A program made the position numbers and the translations under genes. The notes below the pieces were generated by a model. It searched no databases, was not told the origin of the DNA, and worked only from the letters and a program-made list of their open reading frames with translations. 64,000 bases of DNA from Basidiobolus meristosporus CBS 931.73 (taxonomy: Eukaryota; Fungi; Basidiobolomycota), in contig MCFE01000076.1 of NCBI GenBank assembly GCA_002104905.1, positions 62,001-126,000 on the forward strand, given 5' to 3'. This document shows, in pieces, positions 37,147-48,721 of this stretch. Within the stretch, counting starts at the first letter, position 1, and every line of letters starts with the position of its first letter.

Positions 37147-37319
37147 GTGCAATGGGTGAAACACAAGGGCTGCTTTGCATGAAAATGAAGAGTAATGTTT
37201 CACACTCTGTGGCCAATTTTAGGTCTGCTATGCCTCCCTGGCACACTATGGCATCATTTGGTACTCATGGCTCAATGTGGCACTATCCAATGGAACAAGT
37301 CTATTAGCTAATAGTATCC

Positions 37320-37690
37320 AAATTTTCTGAACAAGCTCAAGAAACCTCCCCACCACTTGCTACCTTGACATGTCCAGTCCAGAGTATAGCTTTGCAAGCC
37401 TCATGGCTGCCTTGGCCTAGTTGCAACAATTCAATGTAGGCCTCAGAAATTCTGTTGCTTTGCATAGCCAAACACCACTTGTGGCTACAGTGCAATTGTT
37501 TCCTAGCAGATCAAGCAAAAGCTGGTTATATCTCTAACCTGCTCACTGGAACTGCCAGGAAATGGGATTCCCCTTTGATGGACACCAACACCCCTCCACC
37601 AGTGACCACCATGCCCTCCTCACAGGAATGGCACTAACATTAGGCAGCATTGAACAAGCCAGAACTGCTGCCAACAAGATTAAGAACATA
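37320..37690 (+). mobile_element. Ty3-type gag fragment
   Basis: FLADQAKAGYISNLLTGTARKW matches the retrotransposon gag K...I.SLL.G.A..W motif. Confidence 0.65.
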
Positions 37691-38030
37691 AAGCATGATA
37701 GTAGCCAAAATGGTAAGTAAAAGTGTAGTTTATAGTGTGATTTGCATTTATTTCCATTTACTTTAAAGAAACATATACAAGTACCAAGCTTTCCTACTAC
37801 AATAATGGTATCCAATTGCACACATGATGCCAACATTACAAGTTGGTGTGGCCATCTGCGCTAACCTCATTGTGTCAGATTGTGCCATAGTGTGCAAGAT
37901 TATCACATATAGTGCAAAAATGCCCAAGAGCAATCATGCCTTCTGGTAGCTATAATTCCATACCCAACTACTCTTTGCAAATTCAGATTGCACCATGCAC
38001 CCTTACATAGTACAATGGAACAAGTCAAAA
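37690..38030. mobile_element. Right end of an element D copy
   Basis: Matches 24945-25271 and ends GGAACAAGTC. Confidence 0.8.
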
Positions 38031-39590
38031 CTCATATGCAACAAAACAAATGCCAGGACTGGATGAGTAGGATATGTGTTTATTCAAGTGGTCTTCTGAA
38101 GCCATCTCTACCAAGAGTACACTTGAAGCATTGGGAATTGTATGTAGACATTGTAGTAATATTTATCCAGAAGTGGATCCCTGATAGCAATTTGATGCAT
38201 CTACAGCTTTTGTGCAAGAAGTTTGCAACAGCATTTGAGCTGCTATACTACAAACACAAAGCTGAATGCCTGGATCTCTACCACTACTGTATTCATTCTC
38301 TACTGCACCATACTTGGTGTGTGGAAAACACTGGGCCTTACTTGACCTTTTGGGAGTTTCCCATGGAGCAGATGTGTTTGGGAGATAGGAAGACAAGTCA
38401 TGTTGCAGGTTCTACAATATTTCAAACTCCACTATGAAAAATCTCAAACTTGGAATTCATCTGATTCTCAGTTGTAATTCTGCTAGTATTCAGCTGGTAT
38501 TCTGCCAGTATTCTGCTAGTATTCTGCTGGCATTCAGCTGGTGTTTTTGGTCTAAAGTTTCAAATGCTATTGTTGATGTAAGTAATGGGTAGCTAATTAC
38601 CAAGTTTGGTATAGATGCCAGTTGGCCCAGTCCCCTCCCAGAAAGGTTGTTTGGTTGCCTGCCCATCAGCCAACAATAGAGATATTTCAAGTTGTCAATT
38701 CTGAGAAACTTGAGATTCAGCTGATATAATGATGGTATTTTGCTGGCCTTTTCTTAGCTTTTTTTCTCAGAGCTGATCAAGAACATTACCTTTAAGCCCA
38801 TCATGAATGTGATGAGTTGGTACATGGAGGACAGCCAGGAAGAGTTGGAAAATACAGAGGGCAGATGTGCACATAGAGATACCCATTCCTATGTCATTAA
38901 GAAGCTAAGTAGCCCCAATGTGTGAGTAATGAGTTAAGTAATACAAAGTTGGGTTGGGTGCAATAAGCAACTTATATTTATTATGACAACTTTACCAAAG
39001 TATGCTGGGTTTCTCTTGGTCACAAGCTGGCTTCAATGCCACTCAATACAGAACTCTCACAAACAAGAGCCAGAGTACACCTATAAGAGGGACCAGAATC
39101 CAACAGGGAGAAGGAATATGTTGGCCAAATACTAAAGTGTTCTTTGTAGATATCTGGGAGGTATTCATGGCAAAAGTAGTGGCAACCAAACTTATGTTTG
39201 CCAGTTGTATATGCTACCAGCACTACAATGTATATGGCAACTTTGCAAGTATCACACTAAAAAGCCATAAAGCTGATGTGATAGAAGTATGCAGTTGCAG
39301 TAGGTGTGCACATATAGAGAGGTTAGTAAGCTATAGGCCGTAGTATCTTTGGACTCAACTTATGTGTAGAAAACCCAAGGTAGTAGTGGGTAAGCAAATA
39401 AAGAGGGGTGATTCTGCGGTGGAAAAATGAGTTGCACAAGGGGAGGTAGAAAAAGAAAATAGCATTTGGTAAATTGGTATAGTATCATTAAACAGTACTA
39501 GCTGTAGGCTGCCATACTGCTGTCAAGATACCATCAGTGGCTTGCATGAGGTCATCCAAACACTAAAGGTTAGTCTTGCCCTAATAGGCA
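38030..39590 (+). mobile_element. En/Spm (CACTA) transposase C-terminal half and downstream region
   Basis: HWELYVDIV...FATAFELLYY...CIHSLLH...GPYLTFWEFPMEQMC matches the H.L.H...GP....W.FP.ER motif. Confidence 0.85.
38475..38545 (+). repeat. 11-bp minisatellite, about 6 units (TC[TA]GC[TC][AG]GTAT)
   Basis: tctgctagtat tcagctggtat tctgccagtat tctgctagtat tctgctggcat tcagctggt. Confidence 0.85.
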
Positions 39591-39599
39591 ATTGGATTT

Positions 39600-40297
39600 T
39601 GCTGTGCATCAACATTTAAAACTTAGCCAATTTCACTCAGTTAGAAAATCTAGTACCCTAACTGATTTTCCCAAACCCAAATATAACTAATTGCTGTTAT
39701 GGCTTATTTTATCACTTCTCAGTAGCTATTTTTAGCAGTCATACCTGATCAATTTTCAAGTGGTTGTTATGTCCTCAACTGATCTGCTAAGTCTTTCCAA
39801 AGGATTAGTGATCTGAGAACTATCAAACCACTTGGTAGTTGCCCAATCATTGGCTCATTTATGATGCAACTTCTCATTTATCTTATGCACCTATCAGCAC
39901 CCTAACTGATTTCAATTAGTCCAGTCTCTTGGCACTTACTAATTCAACTTAATCAGAAAAATATATATAGAGATCACTGAACCTTTTAGTTTAGGGTGTG
40001 TCTCAACAAATTAAGATTGCGCCTCAGTAAAGTTAAGAATTCAGCAATTCTGTTCTAGTTTCCACCCAAGCCTAGCATATCTAGCATTCCCAAGATTACC
40101 ATGCCTAGCCTGTATAGCAAACCAACTCTGTTGCATTTATAGCCAAACTCCACTTTATACAAAACCATTAATAGGCCAGAACTTCTCTGCTGATATATCT
40201 GTCACCCTTGACAATTCTAAGATTCTGTGCTTAATTGTCACTTAGGTTCAGTTAACTCATTCAAGAGTTTTATTGCACTTTTCTCTTAGATACTACA
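39600..40297. repeat. Solo LTR, family I (698 bp)
   Basis: TG...CA with TSD GATTT; the host CACTA 3' sequence rejoins when it is removed. Confidence 0.85.
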
Positions 40298-40696
40298 GAT
40301 TTACTGGCCAGACAGATCCGCTCAAATAGTTGTAAAGTGCATCAAGACCATCATAATGCCATGCAACTCCTTTCAAAAGACCACCAAAACCCTGCCAAAT
40401 CTTTATGTTTAGCAGTAAAATAGCAAAACACCATTGTGATCCCATCATAAGATTGTGTGGAGGGTCATTAATTCCAAGCTGCTAGCATTATGTCAGGCCT
40501 TAGGTGGGATCCTGACAGCTGATCTATATTGGATCCACCTGCAGGACCAAATTATCTCTCACATAGTAACAGTGGCATAAAGCTGCAGAGTTCCGGTCCA
40601 AGTCATGGACAAAGGGCTTTACAGCAGAAATATTATTGAATGGTAGATTTTGATGGAGCTACTTGTTGATTGTGGGGTTAGTCTTAATGTTAGTGT

Positions 40697-41045
40697 TGTT
40701 ATAAAAATTTGTATTTCCACCTAAATATTCACCTAACTTAGTCACTTAGATCATTAACCTTAAATCCTAGAGAATACTGACCAAATTCCTTGTTGGGATT
40801 TACTTAGATTATTTTCACCAACATACCAGGTACCCAGAACATGAAAATTCTCAAAGTTGTCCAAACAGCCCCAAACTTTGCACACATGTTCTTGGGACCT
40901 TCCTTAACCTATTCTACGTGTTTGTAATGCCAAGACCAGGTAAAAGTATAAATACTACTTTTACATTCAATAAATCATTAAGTGAAAGCCACATAATCTA
41001 CTTGTTCTCCAAATCACTTCCAATATCTCCAAGACTCTTACAACA
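40697..41045 (+). repeat. Solo LTR, family H
   Basis: TGTTA...CAACA with a perfect TSD AGTGT inside an element A fragment. Confidence 0.9.
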
Positions 41046-41125
41046 AGTGTTGGGTATAGAGACTTGTAGAGGTCAATACAATTGGCAATTGAGGTTGAAT
41101 AAAGTTTCAACAGGAATAAATCAAT

Positions 41126-41513
41126 AGACTTGTTCCATTGGATAGTGCCACATTAAGCCATGAGTGCCAAATGATGCCATAGTGTGCCAAGGAGACTAAG
41201 TGAGCCTATACTTGGCCACAGGGTGTGAAACATAGCTCTGAGTCTTCATGCAAAGTGGCACCTGTGTTTCACCCATTGTGCTAGAGAAAATCCATTTTTT
41301 GACCTTTTTTTGGATCAATGTTGTGCAGGAAGTGAATGAGCACAGAAGGACTGAAGACATGCATCTGGTACTCAATACCCATGGCACTCTGAGTCTAGCT
41401 CTGGTGGCTTGTATCATGTAACAAAAATGTATGGCACTATCTTGGTCCACTGGTACTATCTGGCACTATAAATGCTTTGTATAGGTCTTACTTTAGGGCT
41501 AATATTTAAATAT
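41126..41513. mobile_element. Half fold-back element C4 (one arm plus loop)
   Basis: AGACTTGTTC start, matches 34805-35195, same upstream flank as C3. Confidence 0.85.
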
Positions 41514-41929
41514 AATGAGTGAGTGTCTGGGATCAGAAACTGAGAGAATTGCAAGAGGACCAATCAAAAGCCTCTTATGTATCATTGTGATGGGAAATTT
41601 TGACTAAGTTGTTGTGAAATCTGGGGTGCAATTATTTTCATTGGTCATTGCACAGTGTCCTGATAGGATTGGTTCCTATTGGTGACATGACTTTAAGACT
41701 GCAATGACCTTTTGACAGGATCATCACAATTATCTTGCATAGGGAAAAGGTTTCAGCACTTTTTCAAGAGCAGTGCTCAAGAGAACATACTTGAATATTG
41801 CTATGATTTATTGCAAAGACTGGCAGATGAGGCGCTAGACCTTACAGTGCCTGCTGAAGACCAGGACATATGGGAACCAGTGCATGAATGGTGACACAGT
41901 GCCATGGGGCTCCTGCCAAAGTCAAAAAA

Positions 41930-44900
41930 AGGGCATTACAGCAGAAATTCCTACCCTACAAAGAATTGGTTGGTCCATCAGCCTTCAGGATCTCATTTCA
42001 AGACCATCATAATACCAGCAGCTTGGAATTAGTGACCCTCTTGATGGTTGTATTACAGGATCACAACAGCATTTTGCTAATTTTATTGCCAAATAAAGTT
42101 GTAAAACTTCACAGGGTTTTATTTGTGCTGTGACAATAATTTCATGGCATTGTTTTGGTCTTAATGCGCCCTACAACTACTTTCAATGGATCTAACCAGC
42201 CAGTACATCCAATTGCCTTATATGGCAAAAACTTCACGGTATCTTGACAGCCTCATTGCAAGTCTCTGATGGCATTATTATGATAGTATGGTGGCCTACA
42301 GCTGGTGCTGTATAATGCTACTGTCCCAATTTACCCAATGGTAATTCCATTTTCTACCTCCCCTTGTGCAATTCATATATTCCTCTGTGAATCACCCCTC
42401 TTTATTTGCTTACCCACCACTACCTTGGGTGATCCACATATAGTTCAAATCAAAAAAAACTGTGGCCTCCAGCTTACTGACCTCTACAAATGCACACACC
42501 TGCTGCAATTAACATACTTCTATCACCTCACCTCTATGGCTTTTCAGTGTGATAACTGCAAAGTTGTCATATACCTTGTAGTGCTGGTAACATGTACATC
42601 TTGCAAACATATGCTTTGTTGCTGCCACTTTCACCATGAATACCTCCAGAATATCCGCCATGAACCTTTCGGTGATTAGCCAATATATTCCTTCTTCCTG
42701 CTGCACTCTAGTCCCCCTATAGGTGCACTCTGGCTCTTGTTTGTGTGAAATCCATATTGAATGGTGTAGAAGTTGGCTTGTGACCAAGAGAAATCTGGCA
42801 TACATTGGTAGAGTTTCCTAATAAAAGTTAGTTGCTTGTTCTACCCAACCCAACTTTGCATTCCTTAACTGATTACCCATGCATTGGGGCTGCTTAGCTT
42901 CTTAATGCCATAGGCATAGGTGTCTCCATGTACACATCTGTCCTTGGAATTTTCCAAATTTTCCTTGCTGTCCTCCATGTTCCAACTCATCACATCCATG
43001 ACCAACTTGAAGGTAATATTCTAGATGAGATTGGGATATGGTAGTACTTGCAACTTGACTTGTCTTTCTATCTCCCCACACATCTGCTCTGTAGGATACC
43101 CCCAAAAGGCAAAGCAAGGCCCAATTTTCTCCACATACTGAGCAAGACAGATTAGAGAATGGATGCAGTAGTGGCAGAGATCTACATGTTCAGCTTTATA
43201 TTTATATTGTAGCCACTCAAATCCTGTTACAAACTCCTTGCACAACAGCTGTAGATGTGTCAAGTTGGCATTTGTGATCTGCTTCTGGATAAATATTCCT
43301 ACAATGTCCACATAGGACTCCCAATGCTTCCATTGTACTCTTGGTAGAAATGGCTTCAGAACACCACTTGTATAAATACATATTCAGCTCATCCAGTCTT
43401 TGCATTTTTATTGTTGCATATGCATATGAATATTGATTTGAGCCTGTGAGAAGTACTTGGGGTAGCAGTGTAGTAGTGTATAAGTCCAAGGGAGAGATAT
43501 ATCCAACACTTCTCAAGTGTTTTGTGTGTAGGGTGCTCACTTGGTGCAATAACCTCTGGCAAAAGCTTGCTAGGAATACTTGGGTACTGTCTCTACTCTA
43601 ATGTGAGGGGGAATAAATCCACAAGCTTGCCAAGGGAAAACTATAGGGCTACAATCCCCAATTTAGTTGGCATCTTAACAAAAGTATGTGCCAGGCTCAG
43701 CATCCTTTGAGATGACAATATACCAAAGCTTCCAAAGTGAAAACAACTGTAAACTCCACCAGCAGGGACTTGATATGAATGTAGCTGTGGTCAATAGTCA
43801 CAAAGACAGAAAAGTATTTTTGCCTGAACAGGAACAAACTTGCAAAAGAATCAAATATAATAAAAGATACCTACTCTGAGTATTCCTGACAAGTAGTGCC
43901 TCCAAGGTCAGTTGGCTGTGAGTGCAGTTTCCTGAGAGTGTCCTGTGGTCTGGGATTGGAAGTTCAGGTAGCAGCAAATAGCAATGATCACACTAATCAA
44001 CAAGTTGGTATATTGATAAAAGAGATTATGATATATTGTTGAGGGATTGCCCCACTTATATACTTTTCTTGATGGCAAAGTGATTACTAATTGTGGTGTT
44101 CCAGAAGGTTCTGGTGGTCATATAGAAATCTTAATGACATCAGAATAAGCTAAGAATGCTCAAAGTAGGTGACAGAAGGTTCTAAGTGGCACAGCACCCC
44201 CAACCACTCAGGGATCAGTATTCTGAAGCCAGTGTAACATAGGGATACCATATATGGAATGAGCATGGTAGAGATGGTAATGTGGTTTGGTCATATGTTA
44301 TGGGTACTGGCATGGGTACCTACATAATATAGAAATGTTTACATTGAGTAATCTTACATAAAGGGAGGGATAACTTATGCAACAAGGTAAGCAGCTGCAA
44401 TAGTCAGCCAGCTTATGGGATAGTACCGATCAAGTAAGACAAATGGGATAAAACTAACATAAGGGTGGTAGAAAAATAGGGAAATGGAAAATATGGAAAT
44501 GAGCATTTCAGTCAGTGGGTGTCACTGTGACCCCACTACAGCAGATATTCTGTAATATCTTGTCAATTCTTTCAAATTTCTCTGGCATCTCAACAGGCTC
44601 ATTTAGTATGAAATGCCCCATGTACAACTTGGTCATCAGCATAGTGAAATTGTTGAAAAGCAAATGCAATGCTCACAGTGGAGAGCTTTTGCTCCAACAG
44701 ATACCCTCCATCATAAGTATTTCTGGTTTCCAAATGATTCCATATTCTGGTCAATAGCTTATAGCTTGCCTACTTTGCTGCAATTGCAGGCTAACTTCTG
44801 TACATTCTCTCTGTGGGACAATGATGTTCTTAGTGTTGGTGTTTGGGTAATAATAATGTGTGTGAGTTATGGAGTAAATCCCCTGGATCTCACACATTTG

Positions 44901-44950
44901 ACAGCAATACAGTACATTGTGCCCAGAAAAGCCAGCTATCTTACTGATGT
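41930..44950 (-). mobile_element. En/Spm (CACTA) transposase (middle to C-terminus) and 3' region, split by LTR B
   Basis: Removing 43469-44540 joins ERIDKILQNIC to YPKYFSQAQ; CIHSLICL...GPCFAFWGYPTEQMCGEI follows. Confidence 0.85.
43469..44540 (-). repeat. Solo LTR, family B (1,072 bp)
   Basis: TGTAGTAG...CCCACTACA with a perfect 4-bp TSD GCAG; the 5-bp flanks do not match. Confidence 0.92.
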
Positions 44951-47409
44951 AAGTAGGTGCTAGAAGGTTCAAAGTGGCACAGCACACCCAACCAATCACG
45001 GATCAGTGTTCTGAATCCTGTGAAGCATAAGGAGTCCATATATGGTATGAACATGGTAGGGATGGTGACATGGTATGGTCATGTGTTACAGGTACTGGTG
45101 CAGGTACCTGCTTAATATAGAAGCACTTACATCAAGTAATCTTACATAAAGGGAGGGATCACTTATGCAATAAGGTAAGCAAGTGTGATGGTCAACAGGC
45201 CTATGGGATAGTACTGACCAAATAATACAAATTGGATAAAACAAATATATGTAGTAAGAGCTTTGGAGATATTGGAAGTGATTGGGTGAACAAGTAGATT
45301 ATGTGGTTTTCACTTAATGATTTATTGAGTGTAAAAGTAGTATTTATACTTTTACATAGTCTTGGCATTACAAACACATAGAATAGGCTAAGGAAGGTCC
45401 CAACAACATGTGTGCAAAGTTTGGGGCTGTTTGGACAACTTTGAGAATTTACATGTTCTGGGTACCTGGTATTTTGATAAAAGTATTCTAAGTAAATCCC
45501 AACAAGGAATATGGTCAGTATTCTCTAGGATTTGAAGGTAATGACCTAAGTGACTAAGTTAGGTGAATATTTAGGTGGAAATACAGACTTTTACAACACT
45601 CTTACTCAGATAAATGCTCATACTGACTAGTCCTAATTTTGACCTAAGATATTCAAACTTGTCTCTAGCTAATGGTTTGGTAAATATGTCTGCAATCATT
45701 TCATCTGTAGGACAGTAAACTAAGCTAACTAAGTTACTCTCTATAGCTGCATGTATAAAATGATGTCTAATATCTATGTGCTTGGTTCTAGCATGAAAAG
45801 TTGGATCTCTACCTAGTTGTATACATCCTTGATTTTCTTGAAATAAAGTAATAGGCATTTTTTGACATATGACTAAATCTGTAAAAAGCTTTCTTAACTA
45901 CATTACTTCTTTTGTAGCTTCACAGGCTGCAATGTACACTGCCTCTGTGGTAGAAAGTGCTACAGTTGGGTGCTTTCTTGAATTCCATGAAATTGCTCCT
46001 TTGCAGTAAAGAAAGGTGTATCCTGTGGTAGATCTTCTGTCTTCCAAGTTTTGTCCCCAATCGGCATCAGAGTATCCCACAAGATCCTGTTCTGAATCCT
46101 GATAAGTGTATCTTAAGCAGATATCAGCAGTTTCTTTGAGTTATCTAAAAATCTGCTTAACTGCAGCAATATGATCAGATCCATATCTCTGATTATGTTG
46201 GCTGACAACTCCCACTGAATATGAGATATCTGGATGTGTTCCAAGCATGATATACATCAGACTGCTGATCATACATTGATAAGGAAAGTCAGGGCTTTCA
46301 GATGGCACCCAGCGCTCTTGATTTGGTTGAGATTTGACCAAGTTAAGGTTTGTCTCCATTGGGGTAGCTGCCAGTTTACAGTCTTCCATTTGGTACTTCT
46401 TTAGTATATCTTGAATATACTTGGATTGGCTTAGGGTAATAGTCTGGGTACTTCTGTCTATGGAGAACTTGATCCCTAAGTAGTAACTGAGTTCTCCTAG
46501 ATTGGACATCTTGAACTCTTTAGATAGGCTGTATTTAGTCTCTTCCAATGTTGCTAGGTCATTGGTGGCTATGATAAGATCATCCACTTATAGAGCTAAT
46601 AGAGCTGGATTTGCTCTATCTGGCTTATAGTATATACTATAGTCAGCATTACTCCTTTTGAAACTCAAAGATTCCAAATAAGAATCTATCTTACAATTCC
46701 AGTCTCTTGGTTACTGTTTGAGACCATATAGTGACTTTTTAAGATTGCAGACCAAATGAGGGTTATCTTGGTCAACAAACCCATTGGGCTGGTCCATATA
46801 CACATCCTCATCAAGTTCTCCATTCAAAAATGCAGCTTTTGCATCCATTTGATGAATAAAAAACTTATATTTGGCTGCAATGGCCAATATTAATCTGATG
46901 GAATTAAACTTGGCTACCGGTGCAAAGGTCTCAGTATAGTCAAGTCCTTTTGTTTGAGAGTATCCTTAGGCTACAAGTCTTGCTATGAATCTTTCAATTG
47001 TACCATCAGCCATGTATTTTGTCTTGAAGACCTATCTGCATCCAATTGATTTTTGGTTGAATAAAGTGGTATTTATACTTTAACATAGTTTTGGCATTAC
47101 AAACACAAAGAATAGGCTAAGGAAGGTCCCAAGAACATGTGCGCAAAGTTGGGGCTGTTTGGACAACTTTGAGAATTTTCATGTTCTGGGTACCTGGTGT
47201 TTTGGTAAAAGTATCCTAAGTAAGTCCCAACAAGGAATATGGTCAGTATTCTCTAGGATTTGAGGGTAATGACCTAAGTGACTAAGTTAAGTGAATATTT
47301 AGGTGGAATTTCAAATTTTACAACAATATAAGGGTAGCAGAACAATAGGGAAGTAGAAAATATGGGAATGAGCACATCTGTCAGTGGGTGTCACTGTAAC
47401 CCCACTACA
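44950..47409 (-). repeat. Partial LTR B (44950-45249 and 47326-47409) split by a Copia insertion
   Basis: Both pieces match 44120-44540 and join across ATATA. Confidence 0.8.
45250..47325 (-). mobile_element. Internally deleted two-LTR Ty1/Copia (LTR H; RT - RNase H only)
   Basis: LTRs 45250-45598 and about 47070-47325; YVDDLII, GYSDADW, RTKHIDIRHHF, ADIFTKPL; perfect TSD ATATA. Confidence 0.93.
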
Positions 47410-48269
47410 CTGGCATACCATGGGACCATCAGGAATTCAAGGCCTAGCAGAATGAGCTTGACTTGATCCATGAACATTATCCTGGATTCAAACAGGCAAA
47501 TGGATTTTAGGCCAGTACTGGTATGCTAAGAGAGTATCTTAAGAATAGCAGAAACTATCAAAGGCAGAAGAACAAGGGTGTCATGGCTAAAAGCTAGTGG
47601 CTTCTGTGGTAATGTAAAGTATTCCATTACTTCATATCTTAAAACCAATATTGCACTCATTTCTTTATTTTGCTTTGTGCTATTGTAACACACAAGTGAA
47701 AGATCAAGAATTTCCAACTTTGAAGGACAAATGCTCCGGACCCTGACACAAAGTCCACCCAAGAATATTATGTCATGTAGAACACTTAGTAGTCAACACA
47801 TGTTTAAATTACAGCTCATTTGAAGCAGTACTTAAGGAGTTATGAGAAAAGTCCAATTATCATATATACTAGGCCACTATTGCTAGGATTACTATGGTGA
47901 CTTCAATTGTGTGTAACTTTTGAACCAGCCAATCAAATCATGTGAAATTCTCACAGGTGCTGCGCCTATGTCTGATCTGTGCTACTGCAAAATGTTAGCT
48001 TTGTATCACGCTCATTGCTTGCACAATTGACCAAAAACTTTTATCCTTCAGAATTTTCATATATATGACTTCCCCAGTTGAAAATAAAAGGGAGCCTCTC
48101 TTTCCAAAATCTCCACACTACAATTACAAGCTTAAAGGTTATAAGACTACCCCTGCATCACTTGCACTGCTGAGTATTCTGACTTTGATTGGTATTACAT
48201 CAGTAAAGAGACTGCAAAGCTCACAAGAATCCAATCTAAGTCCTAAAAGAAAACTACCACTTTTCTGTT

Positions 48270-48660
48270 GAAAAAGACCCCTTTGAGAAGCCCCTTTACT
48301 CCAAAGACACCCCTTTTGTGACTTCTACTCCACACCCCTTTAGGTTAAAGGGGAGTTTAGAATTTCTATATAAGGAAATATTCTCTCAGAAAGGTAAGTG
48401 ACTTCCAAATAAGGAGAGGCTACTATAAAAGTAAATAAGCTCAATAGCTAACAGAAGGTCAGAACACTGCTGTAGAAGTGAGAATCACTGCCTATAATAT
48501 ATTTTGAGCCTGAGATTGAGGATATTAGTGAAAGTTATATCTTGTATTTGTATATCAAACTCCCAATAAACTACTTCAGTATTAGCGTACTGGATGTTGT
48601 TGTATATTGTTGATTAGCCTCTACATTGCCAAACAAGCTCCAAACTAATCATAACACAAC
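48270..48660 (+). repeat. Unclassified dispersed repeat G, copy 2
   Basis: Aligns with 5440-5830. Confidence 0.65.
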
Positions 48661-48721
48661 ACAACACTTCCCCAAGAACCTGCTACAAGCAGGGCCAAAA
48701 GCTCCAAACAAGTGTCAAAGA

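Larger units (their letters stand above)
34784..37302. mobile_element. Fold-back element C3, hosting C2 and an LTR B
   Basis: AGACTTGTTC at 34784 and GAACAAGTCT at 37302; arms resume seamlessly after both inserts. Confidence 0.88.

Noticed and set aside
34700-37302. Recurrent TGGCACTAT/ATAGTGCCA and AGACTTGTTC motifs as a CRISPR-like array
   Set aside because: No regular repeat-spacer period and no cas genes; fully explained by TIRs and fold-back arms in a eukaryotic context.
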